Assembly (NCBI GenBank): GCA_040219255.1
Contig: JAVJSW010000065.1
Coordinates: 1 to 64,000, forward strand
From: Sumerlaeia bacterium
GTDB lineage: Bacteria; Sumerlaeota; Sumerlaeia; SLMS01; JAHLLQ01
DNA: 64,000 bases
Reading direction: 5' to 3'
Part shown: one piece after another, positions 31,391-40,428 of the stretch
Layout of the letters: every line of letters begins with the position of its first letter
Numbering within the stretch: position 1 is the first letter of the stretch
The notes under the pieces: generated by a model
What the model was told of the DNA's origin: nothing
The model's database searches: none
Seen by the model: only the letters and a program-made list of their open reading frames with translations
Position numbers and translations under genes: made by a program

Positions 31391-32128
31391 ATGATCAAAC
31401 TCAGCGTGAATGTGAACAAGATCGCCACGTTGCGAAACTCCCGGGGCGGGAGTGAACCATCCGTGGTGCGCTTCGCTCAACTGGCCATCGACGCCGGCGC
31501 CCACGGCATCACGGTGCATCCCCGCCCGGATCAGCGTCACATCCGCACCCAGGACGTTTACGATCTGAAACCGCTCATCGCCGGCGATCTGGAGTACAAC
31601 ATTGAGGGCTATCCAGACAACCGGCTCCTGACCTTCGCGGAAGAAGTGCGCCCGCATCAACTGACCCTTGTGCCGGACAAGCCGGGGGTGCTGACGAGCA
31701 ACGCGGGTTGGGATGTCGTCCGCAACCGGCGCGACCTGAAAGACACGATCCGGGGCCTGAAGAGTTTCGGATGCCGGGTGTCGCTGTTCCTGGAGACGGA
31801 CCTGAGACAGGTGGAAGCGGCCGCCGAAGTGGGCGCCGACCGCATCGAGTTCTACACCGGTCCCTATGCCGAGGAATTCGCCGCGGGTCAGGGCCAGGCG
31901 GCATTCGAGCGCTACGCGGCTGCAGCCCGCAAAGCCATCGAGGTGGGACTCGGCATCAACGCGGGGCACGATCTGGACCTCGACAATCTGCCGCTGATGG
32001 CGACGCTGCCGGGGCTGGCGGAAGTCAGCATCGGCCATTTCATCACGCGCGACGCCCTGCTTTACGGCTGGGACACCACGATCAAGAAGTACCTGGCGAT
32101 TTTGGAGAATGCGGAAAGCGAGTTGTAA
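31391..32128 (+). CDS. pdxJ: Pyridoxine 5'-phosphate synthase
   Basis: LSVNVNKIATLRN, GITVHPRPDQRHI, NIEG, NAGHDL, SIGH. Confidence 0.96.
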   Translation: MIKLSVNVNKIATLRNSRGGSEPSVVRFAQLAIDAGAHGITVHPRPDQRHIRTQDVYDLKPLIAGDLEYNIEGYPDNRLLTFAEEVRPHQLTLVPDKPGVLTSNAGWDVVRNRRDLKDTIRGLKSFGCRVSLFLETDLRQVEAAAEVGADRIEFYTGPYAEEFAAGQGQAAFERYAAAARKAIEVGLGINAGHDLDLDNLPLMATLPGLAEVSIGHFITRDALLYGWDTTIKKYLAILENAESEL

Positions 32129-32204
32129 GCCCTTGTCTGACAACGTAGGAGAGGAAGGCAGGGAGCCGGTGCGGGCTCCCGTCGCGGGCCGCTACGACGG
32201 CCTG

Positions 32205-33515
32205 ATGCAAGGAGCGCTACTGGGGTTTCGCCGGTGGGGAGGCAGCACCTTCGAGGCGCTCTCCGTGCGCAATTTCCGGATTTTCTACATCGGCCAGGGC
32301 GCGTCCCTGACGGGGTCGTGGATGCGGCGGACGGCGCTGGGCTGGCTGGTGTTCCTGCTGACGGGATCGTATGAGCTGCTGGGGCTGGTGATGGGTTTGA
32401 CGATGCTGCCGTTGTTCCTCTTGGCACCGCTGGCGGGCTCGATCGCGGACCGGGTCGACAAGAGGAAAATGATTATCGCGACTCAGTTGGGGGCGGCGGC
32501 CTGCTCGGCGCTGCTGGCGGTTCTGGTTGCAACGGATAACGCCCAGGTGTGGCAAGTGATGGTGCTAGCGTTTCTGGGCGGTGTGGCGTTCGCGTTCGAA
32601 ATCCCCTCGCGTCAGGCCTTTGTGGCGGAACTGGTGGGGAAAGACCGGCTGATGAACGCCATCGCGTTGAATTCGGCGCTGGTGAATGGAGCGCGGGTGA
32701 TCGGCCCGGCGGTGGCGGGGGTGCTGATGGGATTGGTGGGTGTGGCAGCGTGCTTCGCCATCGACGCAATCACGTACTTGATCGTGACGGGAACGCTGAT
32801 GTCGCTGAAGTTGCCGCGCTTTTTGAAGTCGAGAGAGCCGATCGACCGGATCGCGCATTTGATTGGCGGCCTGCATGAGGTCCGCCGCAACCGGCCAGTG
32901 CGGCTGGTGCTGATTCTGCTCTTCTTCACGGCGTGCTTCGGCTGGTCGTTCATAACGCTGCTGCCGGCGATCGCGCAGGAGGAGCTACACCTGGGGGAAA
33001 CGCAGTATGGTTTTCTGATGGCTGCGTTCGGCGTGGGGGCGGTGGTGTCGGCGTTGATCGTGGCGAGCCAGAAGGGCGGGGGCTGCGCGCGGAGACAGCT
33101 CTTCGTGGGCATCTGGACGATGATGGTGGGGCTGTTCATTTTCTCGGCGGTGCGGGGGTTCGTGCTGCCGATGGGGGCGATGGTGCTGGCCGGAGGGGGC
33201 GCCGTGATGTTCGTCAGCACGGGCAACACGGTGGTACAGATGGCGGTGGCCGACGACATCCGGGGCCGCATCATGGGGATCTGGGCGCTGACATTCGGCG
33301 GTTCGATGCCGCTGGGGGCTTGGCTGTCGGGTCAGTCGGCGGCGCTGATCGATCCGTTTTCGACCATCGCGCTGTTCGCGGTGATCGTGTCGGTGGCCAG
33401 CGTGGTAATCTTCCCGCACTTTCCCGCGGCCCTGGCGCTGAATGGGCAGAGCACATGCGGCGATGGGCGGGCGAAGCCGCCGGTGCCCGCCAAGGAAGAA
33501 GTGCGGGCTGCCTGA
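32205..33515 (+). CDS. MFS transporter
   Basis: About 12 TM helices, GSIADRVDKR, PSRQAF, NAIALNS, RGRIMG. Confidence 0.9.
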   Translation: MQGALLGFRRWGGSTFEALSVRNFRIFYIGQGASLTGSWMRRTALGWLVFLLTGSYELLGLVMGLTMLPLFLLAPLAGSIADRVDKRKMIIATQLGAAACSALLAVLVATDNAQVWQVMVLAFLGGVAFAFEIPSRQAFVAELVGKDRLMNAIALNSALVNGARVIGPAVAGVLMGLVGVAACFAIDAITYLIVTGTLMSLKLPRFLKSREPIDRIAHLIGGLHEVRRNRPVRLVLILLFFTACFGWSFITLLPAIAQEELHLGETQYGFLMAAFGVGAVVSALIVASQKGGGCARRQLFVGIWTMMVGLFIFSAVRGFVLPMGAMVLAGGGAVMFVSTGNTVVQMAVADDIRGRIMGIWALTFGGSMPLGAWLSGQSAALIDPFSTIALFAVIVSVASVVIFPHFPAALALNGQSTCGDGRAKPPVPAKEEVRAA

Positions 33516-33556
33516 GGGAAAACGCCGAATGGTCCCGCCCATAGTCCTTCAAGAAA

Positions 33557-33685
33557 TCACCGCTGAGACGCGGAGAACGCAGAGATGATTGGCGCTTTTG
33601 AACTTGGCGGGGACAACTCAGTTTCCTGACCACACCTTTCAACTGATCTCTGTGGAACCTCTGTCCTCTGCGCCCTCTGTGGTGA
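33557..33685. repeat. REP/MITE-like imperfect inverted repeat element
   Basis: Left arm TCACCGCTGAGACGCGGAGAACGCAGAGA pairs with right arm ...CTCTGTCCTCTGCGCCCTCTGTGGTGA. Confidence 0.65.
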
Positions 33686-33756
33686 TGGAACACGGTCCCG
33701 CCGTCCGGTGATGACTCCGCTTGCTCTTCCGCTGAAGCGATGGAATTGCTTTGGCC

Positions 33757-34005
33757 ATGGATAAAGGGCCCAAGACCTCGAACAAGAAGAAGCCCGACCC
33801 AGTGCTCCGATTCTTCCGGACGTTGGGGTGGTTCTTCGTCTGGATGTCCCTGCTGATTCCGTTGCTGTGGATTTGGATGAGCCGGACCGACGGCGAGACG
33901 CCTTTCGAATTTTACCGCGCGGAAAGCCGGACTGGCCCCCGGACATCGGAGATCCGGGGCGAAACGGCACCCCCCTATCCCGCGGAGGTGCAGGCGCAGC
34001 CATGA
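33757..34005 (+). CDS. Small single-TM hypothetical protein
   Basis: Basic N-terminus plus a hydrophobic helix. Its stop overlaps the next ATG (ATGA). Confidence 0.55.
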   Translation: MDKGPKTSNKKKPDPVLRFFRTLGWFFVWMSLLIPLLWIWMSRTDGETPFEFYRAESRTGPRTSEIRGETAPPYPAEVQAQP

Positions 34006-35192
34006 GCACGGACGTCTCCCCCTCCCCCACTCGGGGCAAAGTTTCGTTACGCCGGCTGCTGGCGCTGCTCAACGTGTTCGTCCTGGCAAGCGTTCTGTTT
34101 CTCGGCATCCCGTTCGTTCATGAGGCCTATCGGGAATTGCCGATCGCGCGGCGCTTTCGGCCGGTGGCGCCGTTGCCATCGATAGCACCGCCATACGCGG
34201 GCGTGATGGAGAAAAGGGGTCAGTGGCCGAGTTCCTGGAATTCCAGCGGAATCGTGGCGGGCGAGTTCGACGAGCAACTGAAGGGAATCGAAGTGGTGCA
34301 GAGTCAGCACTTTGGCCCCGATCTGTCGATGAGCGAGCGGGGAACGGTAACTGTGCGCGACGGCAGAATGGTGAACACGGCGCTGACCTTCAATATCGTG
34401 GAGCAGAATCTGGCGGTGTACCGGCTGGATGGGGCGGATGTGTTGATCCGGTGCGACGCGGCGACCAATCGGATTGTGGCGGAATGCCCGGCCAACGATC
34501 GACTGAGTTGGTCGTACTCGCCGCCCGAGGCGCTTCAGCCGCCGATCGGCATTTCGACCGGCCTCGATCCGAGCGGGGCACCTGTCGTGGTTGTCTGCGA
34601 CATCGACGGTCCAACGCGGCTGCTCTCGGACCGCGGGGAGGTGATTGCGGAGTTGGCCTCCGATCCGCCACAACGTTACCTCGTCGCCGAATTGCACGAG
34701 AACCCTGGCCACGAACTGTTCTTGCTCCCGCGTGATGTCAGTGGGTTCGCGATCTATGCGCTGGATGGCAGCCAACTGACGGCCAAGCCCATCGACCTGC
34801 GGGGCGCGGTTCCGCTTTCGGCGGTGCCATCAAGGCGTGGGAGCAAAGACTTCGGCGTGCGTCTCGACTTTCCATCGGGTTATCCGCTTCGGTTGGCTCT
34901 GGCCGATGGAAGCCTGGAAGACTTGGCTGGAGAGGTGGCCTTCCACCAAAGCCACGGGTGGATTGCCCGGTCGCATTACGCCATTCTGGAAAGCGGCTGG
35001 ACCATCGTGCTGGACTGGTCGACGATTTTTCTGCTCGATGAAGAAGGGCTGGTCGTGGACTACGTCAGCGTGCGGCCGGCGATGGCGACAGCCGTGGCCG
35101 CCGCGCCCCCCGGCTGCGGATTCGACTTTGTCGTTGAAGTGCAGGATCGAAACCAAATGCGCGCGCAACTTCTCAAATACCGCCTCCCCTGA
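34002..35192 (+). CDS. Membrane-anchored hypothetical protein, possibly a beta-propeller
   Basis: N-terminal TM, beta-rich repeats, translational coupling with the upstream ORF. Confidence 0.6.
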   Translation: MSTDVSPSPTRGKVSLRRLLALLNVFVLASVLFLGIPFVHEAYRELPIARRFRPVAPLPSIAPPYAGVMEKRGQWPSSWNSSGIVAGEFDEQLKGIEVVQSQHFGPDLSMSERGTVTVRDGRMVNTALTFNIVEQNLAVYRLDGADVLIRCDAATNRIVAECPANDRLSWSYSPPEALQPPIGISTGLDPSGAPVVVVCDIDGPTRLLSDRGEVIAELASDPPQRYLVAELHENPGHELFLLPRDVSGFAIYALDGSQLTAKPIDLRGAVPLSAVPSRRGSKDFGVRLDFPSGYPLRLALADGSLEDLAGEVAFHQSHGWIARSHYAILESGWTIVLDWSTIFLLDEEGLVVDYVSVRPAMATAVAAAPPGCGFDFVVEVQDRNQMRAQLLKYRLP

Positions 35193-35636
35193 TCAGATCA
35201 AATCGTCGGCGCGGAAGGCGTCGAGGAGGCAGTCGATCTGGGGCTCGTGCGGGTTTTGCGGGTCCGGCGTAATAAGGATCACGTCGAAGCGGACCGGCGG
35301 GTAGGGCCTCGGCAACCGGCGCAGGTAGGCGATGGCGGCGCCTCGGAGGTGGCGCAGGCGCTTGGGATCGCGGACGGCGGAGAGGGGTTCGAGGTCGCGG
35401 GGGTCGCGGGTTTTGACTTCGACGAAGACGAGGGTTTCTCGCTCGCGGACGACGAGGTCCAGCTCTCCCCCGCCGCCGCGCCAGTTGCGGGCGAGAAGGG
35501 CGGCGCCGCGTTCGCGGTGGTAATGGCGAACGGCCCACAGTTCGCCCCAGCGGCCGACGGCGTTGTGGTCCCATTCGGGGTCGAAGTCCGGCAGAAGCCA
35601 GCCGATGCGAACGGCGGCGGCCTTCAGGGGGTTCAT
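35193..35636 (-). CDS. yraN: YraN family endonuclease-like protein
   Basis: GRWGE, RNWR, GELDLV, LVFVEVKTR, RFDVI. Confidence 0.9.
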   Translation of the reverse strand: MNPLKAAAVRIGWLLPDFDPEWDHNAVGRWGELWAVRHYHRERGAALLARNWRGGGGELDLVVRERETLVFVEVKTRDPRDLEPLSAVRDPKRLRHLRGAAIAYLRRLPRPYPPVRFDVILITPDPQNPHEPQIDCLLDAFRADDLI

Positions 35637-35638
35637 TT

Positions 35639-37699
35639 TCAGATCGCCGGTTGCTCGGCGAAAGTGGGTTCCGCCTCGCCCTGCTGGTTTTCGCCCTGCT
35701 CGTTCGCCTTGGGTGCGAAGGCGATTTTGTAGAGTTCGGAGTAGCGGCCCTCGCCCGCCATCAGGACATCGTGCGAACCTTGCTCGATGATCTCGCCGTT
35801 TTGCAGGACTACGATTTCATCGGCGTGGCGGACCGTGGAGAGGCGATGGGCGATGACGAGGCTGGTGCGGTCCTCCATCAGGTGATCGAGAGCATCCTGG
35901 ACGAGGCGCTCGCTCTCGTTGTCGAGGGCGCTGGTGGCTTCGTCGAGGATCAAAATGGGCGCGTTGCGGAGGATGGCCCGGGCGATGGCGAGGCGCTGTT
36001 TCTGGCCGCCGGAGAGGCGGTTGCCCCGTTCGCCGATGCGGGTCTGGTAGCCTTCGGGCAGGGCGGTGATGAAGTCGTGGGCGTTGGCGGCGCGGGCGGC
36101 GGCTTCGATCTGCTCCTGGGTGGCTTTGGGGCAGCCGTAGCCAATGTTGTAGGCGACGGTTTCGTCGAAGAGGATGGTTTCCTGGGTCACGATGGCGATC
36201 TGGTCGCGGATGCTCTTGATGGTGGCGTCGCGCAGGTCCACGCCGTCGAAAAGGATGCGGCCGCCGGTGGGATCGAAGAAGCGGGGAACGAGGCGGATGA
36301 GGGTTGTCTTTCCGGAACCGGCTACGCCGACGAGGGCGATCATTTTGCCCTTGGGGATGCGCAGGTTGAGGTTTTTCAGGACGGGGGGTTCGTCGGGGTT
36401 GTAGGTAAAGGCGACCTCCTCGAATGCGATTTCGCGCTCGAGGGTGGGGAGCGGTTTGGCATCCGGCTTCTCCACGACGCGCATTTCGGTGTCGATGACT
36501 TCAAAGACGCGTTCGGCGCTGGCGAGGCCTCGCTGGACTTTGACCCAGCCATTGGAGAGGCCCTTGAGGGGTTTGTAGAAGCGGGTGAGAGCGGCGAGGT
36601 AGGCGATGAACTCGGCGGTGCCAAGGAGCCGGGCCTTCATGACGACGTAGGTTCCGGCGAGGAGCACGAGGCCCATGGCGGCGGTGGTCATGACCTCGAC
36701 GATGGGGCCGCCGGCGAGGCGGATGCGCATGCGGCGGATCTGGCGTTTGAGCTGACCCTTGCTGACATCGCGAAAGCGGCTGGATTCATGTTTTTCCGTG
36801 CCGTAGGCTTTGACGATCGGCATGCCCTGGAAGGTTTCCTGCATCACGTCGACCAGGTAGGCGTCTTCTTCCGCGTCGGCTTTGCTGAGGCGGCGCAGGG
36901 TGCGGCTGAGAAGGGCGATGGGCAGGATGATGAAGGGAAGGGCGACGATGGTGATGAGGGTGATCTGGACACTGAGATAGAGGAGGGCCGCGAGATAGCC
37001 GACGATCTGGAAGGGGACCAGGATCGATTGGCTGAGGGACTGCTGCATGATCGTGCGGATTTGGCTGACGTCGCTGTTCATGCGGGCGATCAGATTGCCG
37101 GTGGTGCGAGACTGGAAAGCGGCGAGGTCGAGGGCGAGGACGGAGGTGTAGAGGTCGAGGCGGATCTGATGGAGGCCGCGATAGACGACGCTGGTGATCT
37201 GGAGCTTGGCGAAATACTCCATGGCGGCGCGCAGAACGGTGAATAAGATCAGGATTCCGACGATATAGAACATCGCGGTGTCGCGGTTGTCTTTGAGGAA
37301 AAGGTAGGCGCGCTCCTTGAGGCTGGCCTGCCGGGCGTCGACCCAGGCCTGGGCGTCCTCGACCTGGGCGAGGCGTTCTCCGGCGACTTCCTTGAGGCTG
37401 TCGGAAACGGCTCGGGCCTGGGGCGGCAGGGCGGGCGCCGACTGGGGCTCGGGAACGGTTTCGGTCTGGGCGAAGCCGTCGGCGGCGCTCTCGGACAGGA
37501 CGAACTGAATGATGGGAACGAGGGCGACGATGCTGATGGCGGCGAAGGCGGCGGCGATAAAGGAGCCGAGCATGGCTCCGGCTATGTTTTTTTTGAAGGG
37601 AAGGAGGTACGAGAGGATGCGAAAGAGCAGGCCGCGATGGACGATGACGGACTTTCTTCGGCGGGAGCGGCGTTCGGAATTTCGACTGTCCTTGCCCAT
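35639..37699 (-). CDS. ABC exporter ATP-binding/permease (MsbA-like)
   Basis: TM domain, GVAGSGKT, LSGGQKQR, ILDEATSALD, IAHRLST. Confidence 0.92.
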   Translation of the reverse strand: MGKDSRNSERRSRRRKSVIVHRGLLFRILSYLLPFKKNIAGAMLGSFIAAAFAAISIVALVPIIQFVLSESAADGFAQTETVPEPQSAPALPPQARAVSDSLKEVAGERLAQVEDAQAWVDARQASLKERAYLFLKDNRDTAMFYIVGILILFTVLRAAMEYFAKLQITSVVYRGLHQIRLDLYTSVLALDLAAFQSRTTGNLIARMNSDVSQIRTIMQQSLSQSILVPFQIVGYLAALLYLSVQITLITIVALPFIILPIALLSRTLRRLSKADAEEDAYLVDVMQETFQGMPIVKAYGTEKHESSRFRDVSKGQLKRQIRRMRIRLAGGPIVEVMTTAAMGLVLLAGTYVVMKARLLGTAEFIAYLAALTRFYKPLKGLSNGWVKVQRGLASAERVFEVIDTEMRVVEKPDAKPLPTLEREIAFEEVAFTYNPDEPPVLKNLNLRIPKGKMIALVGVAGSGKTTLIRLVPRFFDPTGGRILFDGVDLRDATIKSIRDQIAIVTQETILFDETVAYNIGYGCPKATQEQIEAAARAANAHDFITALPEGYQTRIGERGNRLSGGQKQRLAIARAILRNAPILILDEATSALDNESERLVQDALDHLMEDRTSLVIAHRLSTVRHADEIVVLQNGEIIEQGSHDVLMAGEGRYSELYKIAFAPKANEQGENQQGEAEPTFAEQPAI

Positions 37700-37882
37700 A
37701 AAGCGCGTTGGTGCCTTTTTTCAGAAGGTAAGGAAGGGGAAACGCTCCGCCCTGCCATTGGGAGGCCAAGCCTTTTCCGTTCGCGGCGGGTCGTCAAGGG
37801 GGGAGGGCGGAAGCCGCTTGTCCCGCGGGCGGCGCTGGGTCATAAGCGCCGCCAGATTGCTCCTGGAGATCTCTCACCGTTG

Positions 37883-39982
37883 ATGCTGTTTTCCCTCCGA
37901 TCCTTCCTCAAATCGCTTGTGCTGCCTCTGTGGGCGGCGTTTCTGGCCATCGCGCCGGGCGGGGGGATGGCGGTCGGCCAGGAGCCCAGCCCGGAATACA
38001 GCGACGAGGAATCGACTCCGGCGGCGACGCTCCGCGAGGAAGGGGCGTTGGTATTCGATGGCATTCCCCCTCTGGACGATGAGGTCGAGCGGTCGCTGAT
38101 TCCTTACCAGAACATGCGCAGCGCGGGCTTTCGCGACTGGCTTCCGGGTGGCGAGGGGTTGTTGATCTCGACGCGCTTCGCCAACACGCCTCAGTTCCAT
38201 ACGGTGCGGGCGCCTCTGGGGATGCGCAAGCAGGTGACGTTCTACGAGGAGCCGGTGAGCGGCGGAAGTTTCGGCCGGGAAGGGCCGCGGGATGCGTTTC
38301 TGTTCTCTCTGGACGCGGGCGGCAACGAGCAGTCGCAGTTGTACCTGCATTCGCTGAGCACCGGGCTGCCGCTTGGTTTGACCGATGGAGGGGTGAACCG
38401 GGGGGCGATTTGGGCGAAGACCGAGCCAATGATCGCTTATTCGTCGACATTTCGAAACGGGCAGGATTTCGATGTGACGCTGAAGCGCACGGATTTTCCG
38501 AATTCTCCGACGATCCGGCTGACGGAGAACATGGGCTATTGGTATCCCTATTCGTTTTCGGACGACGATCAGAAGCTGCTGATCGGGCGCTACGTTTCGG
38601 TGAACGAGACGGAGTTGTTCGTGGCGACGCTGGATGAGAAGGGGACCTCGGCGACGCTGCTGGAATTGCACGGGGATGCGGAGGGGCCGGTGGCGTTTGG
38701 GGACGCGGTGTTCGATCATGGCGGCACCGGGATTTTCTATTCGTCGGACCTGGATTCGGAATTCCAGCGGCTGCGGTATTACGACCTGGAGTACAACGTG
38801 TCTCGGGTGGTTCTGAACGAATTGCCATGGGACGTGACGGAGTTGGAGCGGGCGCATAAGAGCCGGACTCTGGCGGTGGTGACGAACGAGAATGGAATCA
38901 GTCATTTGCGTTTGCTCGACATGAAGTCGCTGGAGGCGAAGGAAGTGGAAATCCCGCAAGGGGTGATCGGGACGGTGGCGTTTTCTCCCGACGATTCGAA
39001 GCTGGCGTTTTCGCTGTATTCAACGGTTTCGCCAGGCGATGTGTATGTGCTGGATGTGAGTTCTCATGAGTTGACGCGGTGGACGGAGTCGGAGGTTGGG
39101 GGGTTGCCTCTGGACGGATTTTCGAAGGCGGATTTCTTCACCTATCCAACCTTCGACAAGGCGCCGGACGGGACGCCGCGGCGGATTCCGGCGTTCATCA
39201 TGAAGCCGAAGGGGGAAGGACCGCACCCGGTGCTGATCGCGATTCATGGCGGTCCGGAAAGCCAGTCGCGGCCGTACTTTTCCGGATTCTTCAATTACCT
39301 GGTGAATGAGCTGGGCATCGCGGTGATTCAGCCGAACGTGCGCGGCTCGACGGGTTACGGCAAGACGTGGACGCGGCTGGACAACGGGATGCTGCGCGAG
39401 GACAGCGTTCGCGATATCGGGCAATTGCTGGACTGGATCGCACTGCAACCGGAGCTGGATTCCTCGCGGGTGGGGGTTTACGGGGGCTCCTACGGCGGGT
39501 ACATGGTTCTGGCGAGCATGGCGCTGTTCGCCGAGCGGATCACTTGCGGGGTGGATGTGGTGGGCATTTCGAATTTTGTGACCTTTCTGGAATCGACGAA
39601 GGAGTACCGCCAGGATTTGAGGCGGCAGGAGTACGGGGACGAGCGGGACCCGGAAATGCGGGAGTTTCTGCAGCGGATCTCGCCGACGAACATGGTCGAC
39701 CGGATCAAGAGTCCGCTGTTGGTGGCGCAGGGGGCGAACGACCCGCGGGTGCCGAAGTCGGAGGCGGAGCAGATCGTGGAAGCGGTGCGCGGCCAGGGCT
39801 TGCCGGTGTGGTATTTCCTGGCGACGAACGAGGGCCACGGGTTCCGGAAGAAGGAGAACCGGAACGCTTTCGAGGCGGTTGTCGTGCAGTTCCTGCGTGA
39901 GCATCTGCTGCCGGTGTCGAACGAGCCGATCGGCGGCGAGGGGGTGGAGAGCGCTCCGCCGGCGGAGCTGATGGTTCCGTGA
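37883..39982 (+). CDS. S9 family prolyl oligopeptidase / dipeptidyl aminopeptidase, exported
   Basis: Signal peptide, propeller region, HGGPE, GGSYGG, NDPRV, EGHG. Confidence 0.93.
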   Translation: MLFSLRSFLKSLVLPLWAAFLAIAPGGGMAVGQEPSPEYSDEESTPAATLREEGALVFDGIPPLDDEVERSLIPYQNMRSAGFRDWLPGGEGLLISTRFANTPQFHTVRAPLGMRKQVTFYEEPVSGGSFGREGPRDAFLFSLDAGGNEQSQLYLHSLSTGLPLGLTDGGVNRGAIWAKTEPMIAYSSTFRNGQDFDVTLKRTDFPNSPTIRLTENMGYWYPYSFSDDDQKLLIGRYVSVNETELFVATLDEKGTSATLLELHGDAEGPVAFGDAVFDHGGTGIFYSSDLDSEFQRLRYYDLEYNVSRVVLNELPWDVTELERAHKSRTLAVVTNENGISHLRLLDMKSLEAKEVEIPQGVIGTVAFSPDDSKLAFSLYSTVSPGDVYVLDVSSHELTRWTESEVGGLPLDGFSKADFFTYPTFDKAPDGTPRRIPAFIMKPKGEGPHPVLIAIHGGPESQSRPYFSGFFNYLVNELGIAVIQPNVRGSTGYGKTWTRLDNGMLREDSVRDIGQLLDWIALQPELDSSRVGVYGGSYGGYMVLASMALFAERITCGVDVVGISNFVTFLESTKEYRQDLRRQEYGDERDPEMREFLQRISPTNMVDRIKSPLLVAQGANDPRVPKSEAEQIVEAVRGQGLPVWYFLATNEGHGFRKKENRNAFEAVVVQFLREHLLPVSNEPIGGEGVESAPPAELMVP

Positions 39983-40428
39983 GTTCCGCGAATGACATGG
40001 TTCAACCTTTCTCGGCCGTCCGGCCGGTGCCGCTGGTGTTGGCGTTCTTGTGGGCGGGGGCGGTGCTTCTGGTCAATTCACGGCCCAGCTCGGGTTTGCC
40101 GGACATCAGTTGGTGGATGATTCCGGGCCTGGATAAGGTGATTCATTTCTGCATGTACGGGGGCCTCGCGTTCTGGCTGTGGAAGGCGCTGGTGCCGGAC
40201 CGGAAGACGTTTGTGCCGGCGGTGCCTTACGCGCGGCTGATCGTGGTGCTGGTGCCGGCGTTGCTGGCGGTGGCGGACGAGTGGAATCAGGGCTACGTGC
40301 CAGGGCGGAGCCCTGACTTCTGGGATTTGTGCTTCGATTTCGCTGGGATCGCGGCCGTCGTGATTCTGGGCACGATGACCCGCAATTCCATTCACCGAAG
40401 CAGCTCGCGTTTGACATGGCGTCATTGA
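39979..40428 (+). CDS. VanZ family membrane protein
   Basis: DKVIHF..Y, DEWNQGYVPGR...D. Confidence 0.85.
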   Translation: MSSANDMVQPFSAVRPVPLVLAFLWAGAVLLVNSRPSSGLPDISWWMIPGLDKVIHFCMYGGLAFWLWKALVPDRKTFVPAVPYARLIVVLVPALLAVADEWNQGYVPGRSPDFWDLCFDFAGIAAVVILGTMTRNSIHRSSSRLTWRH

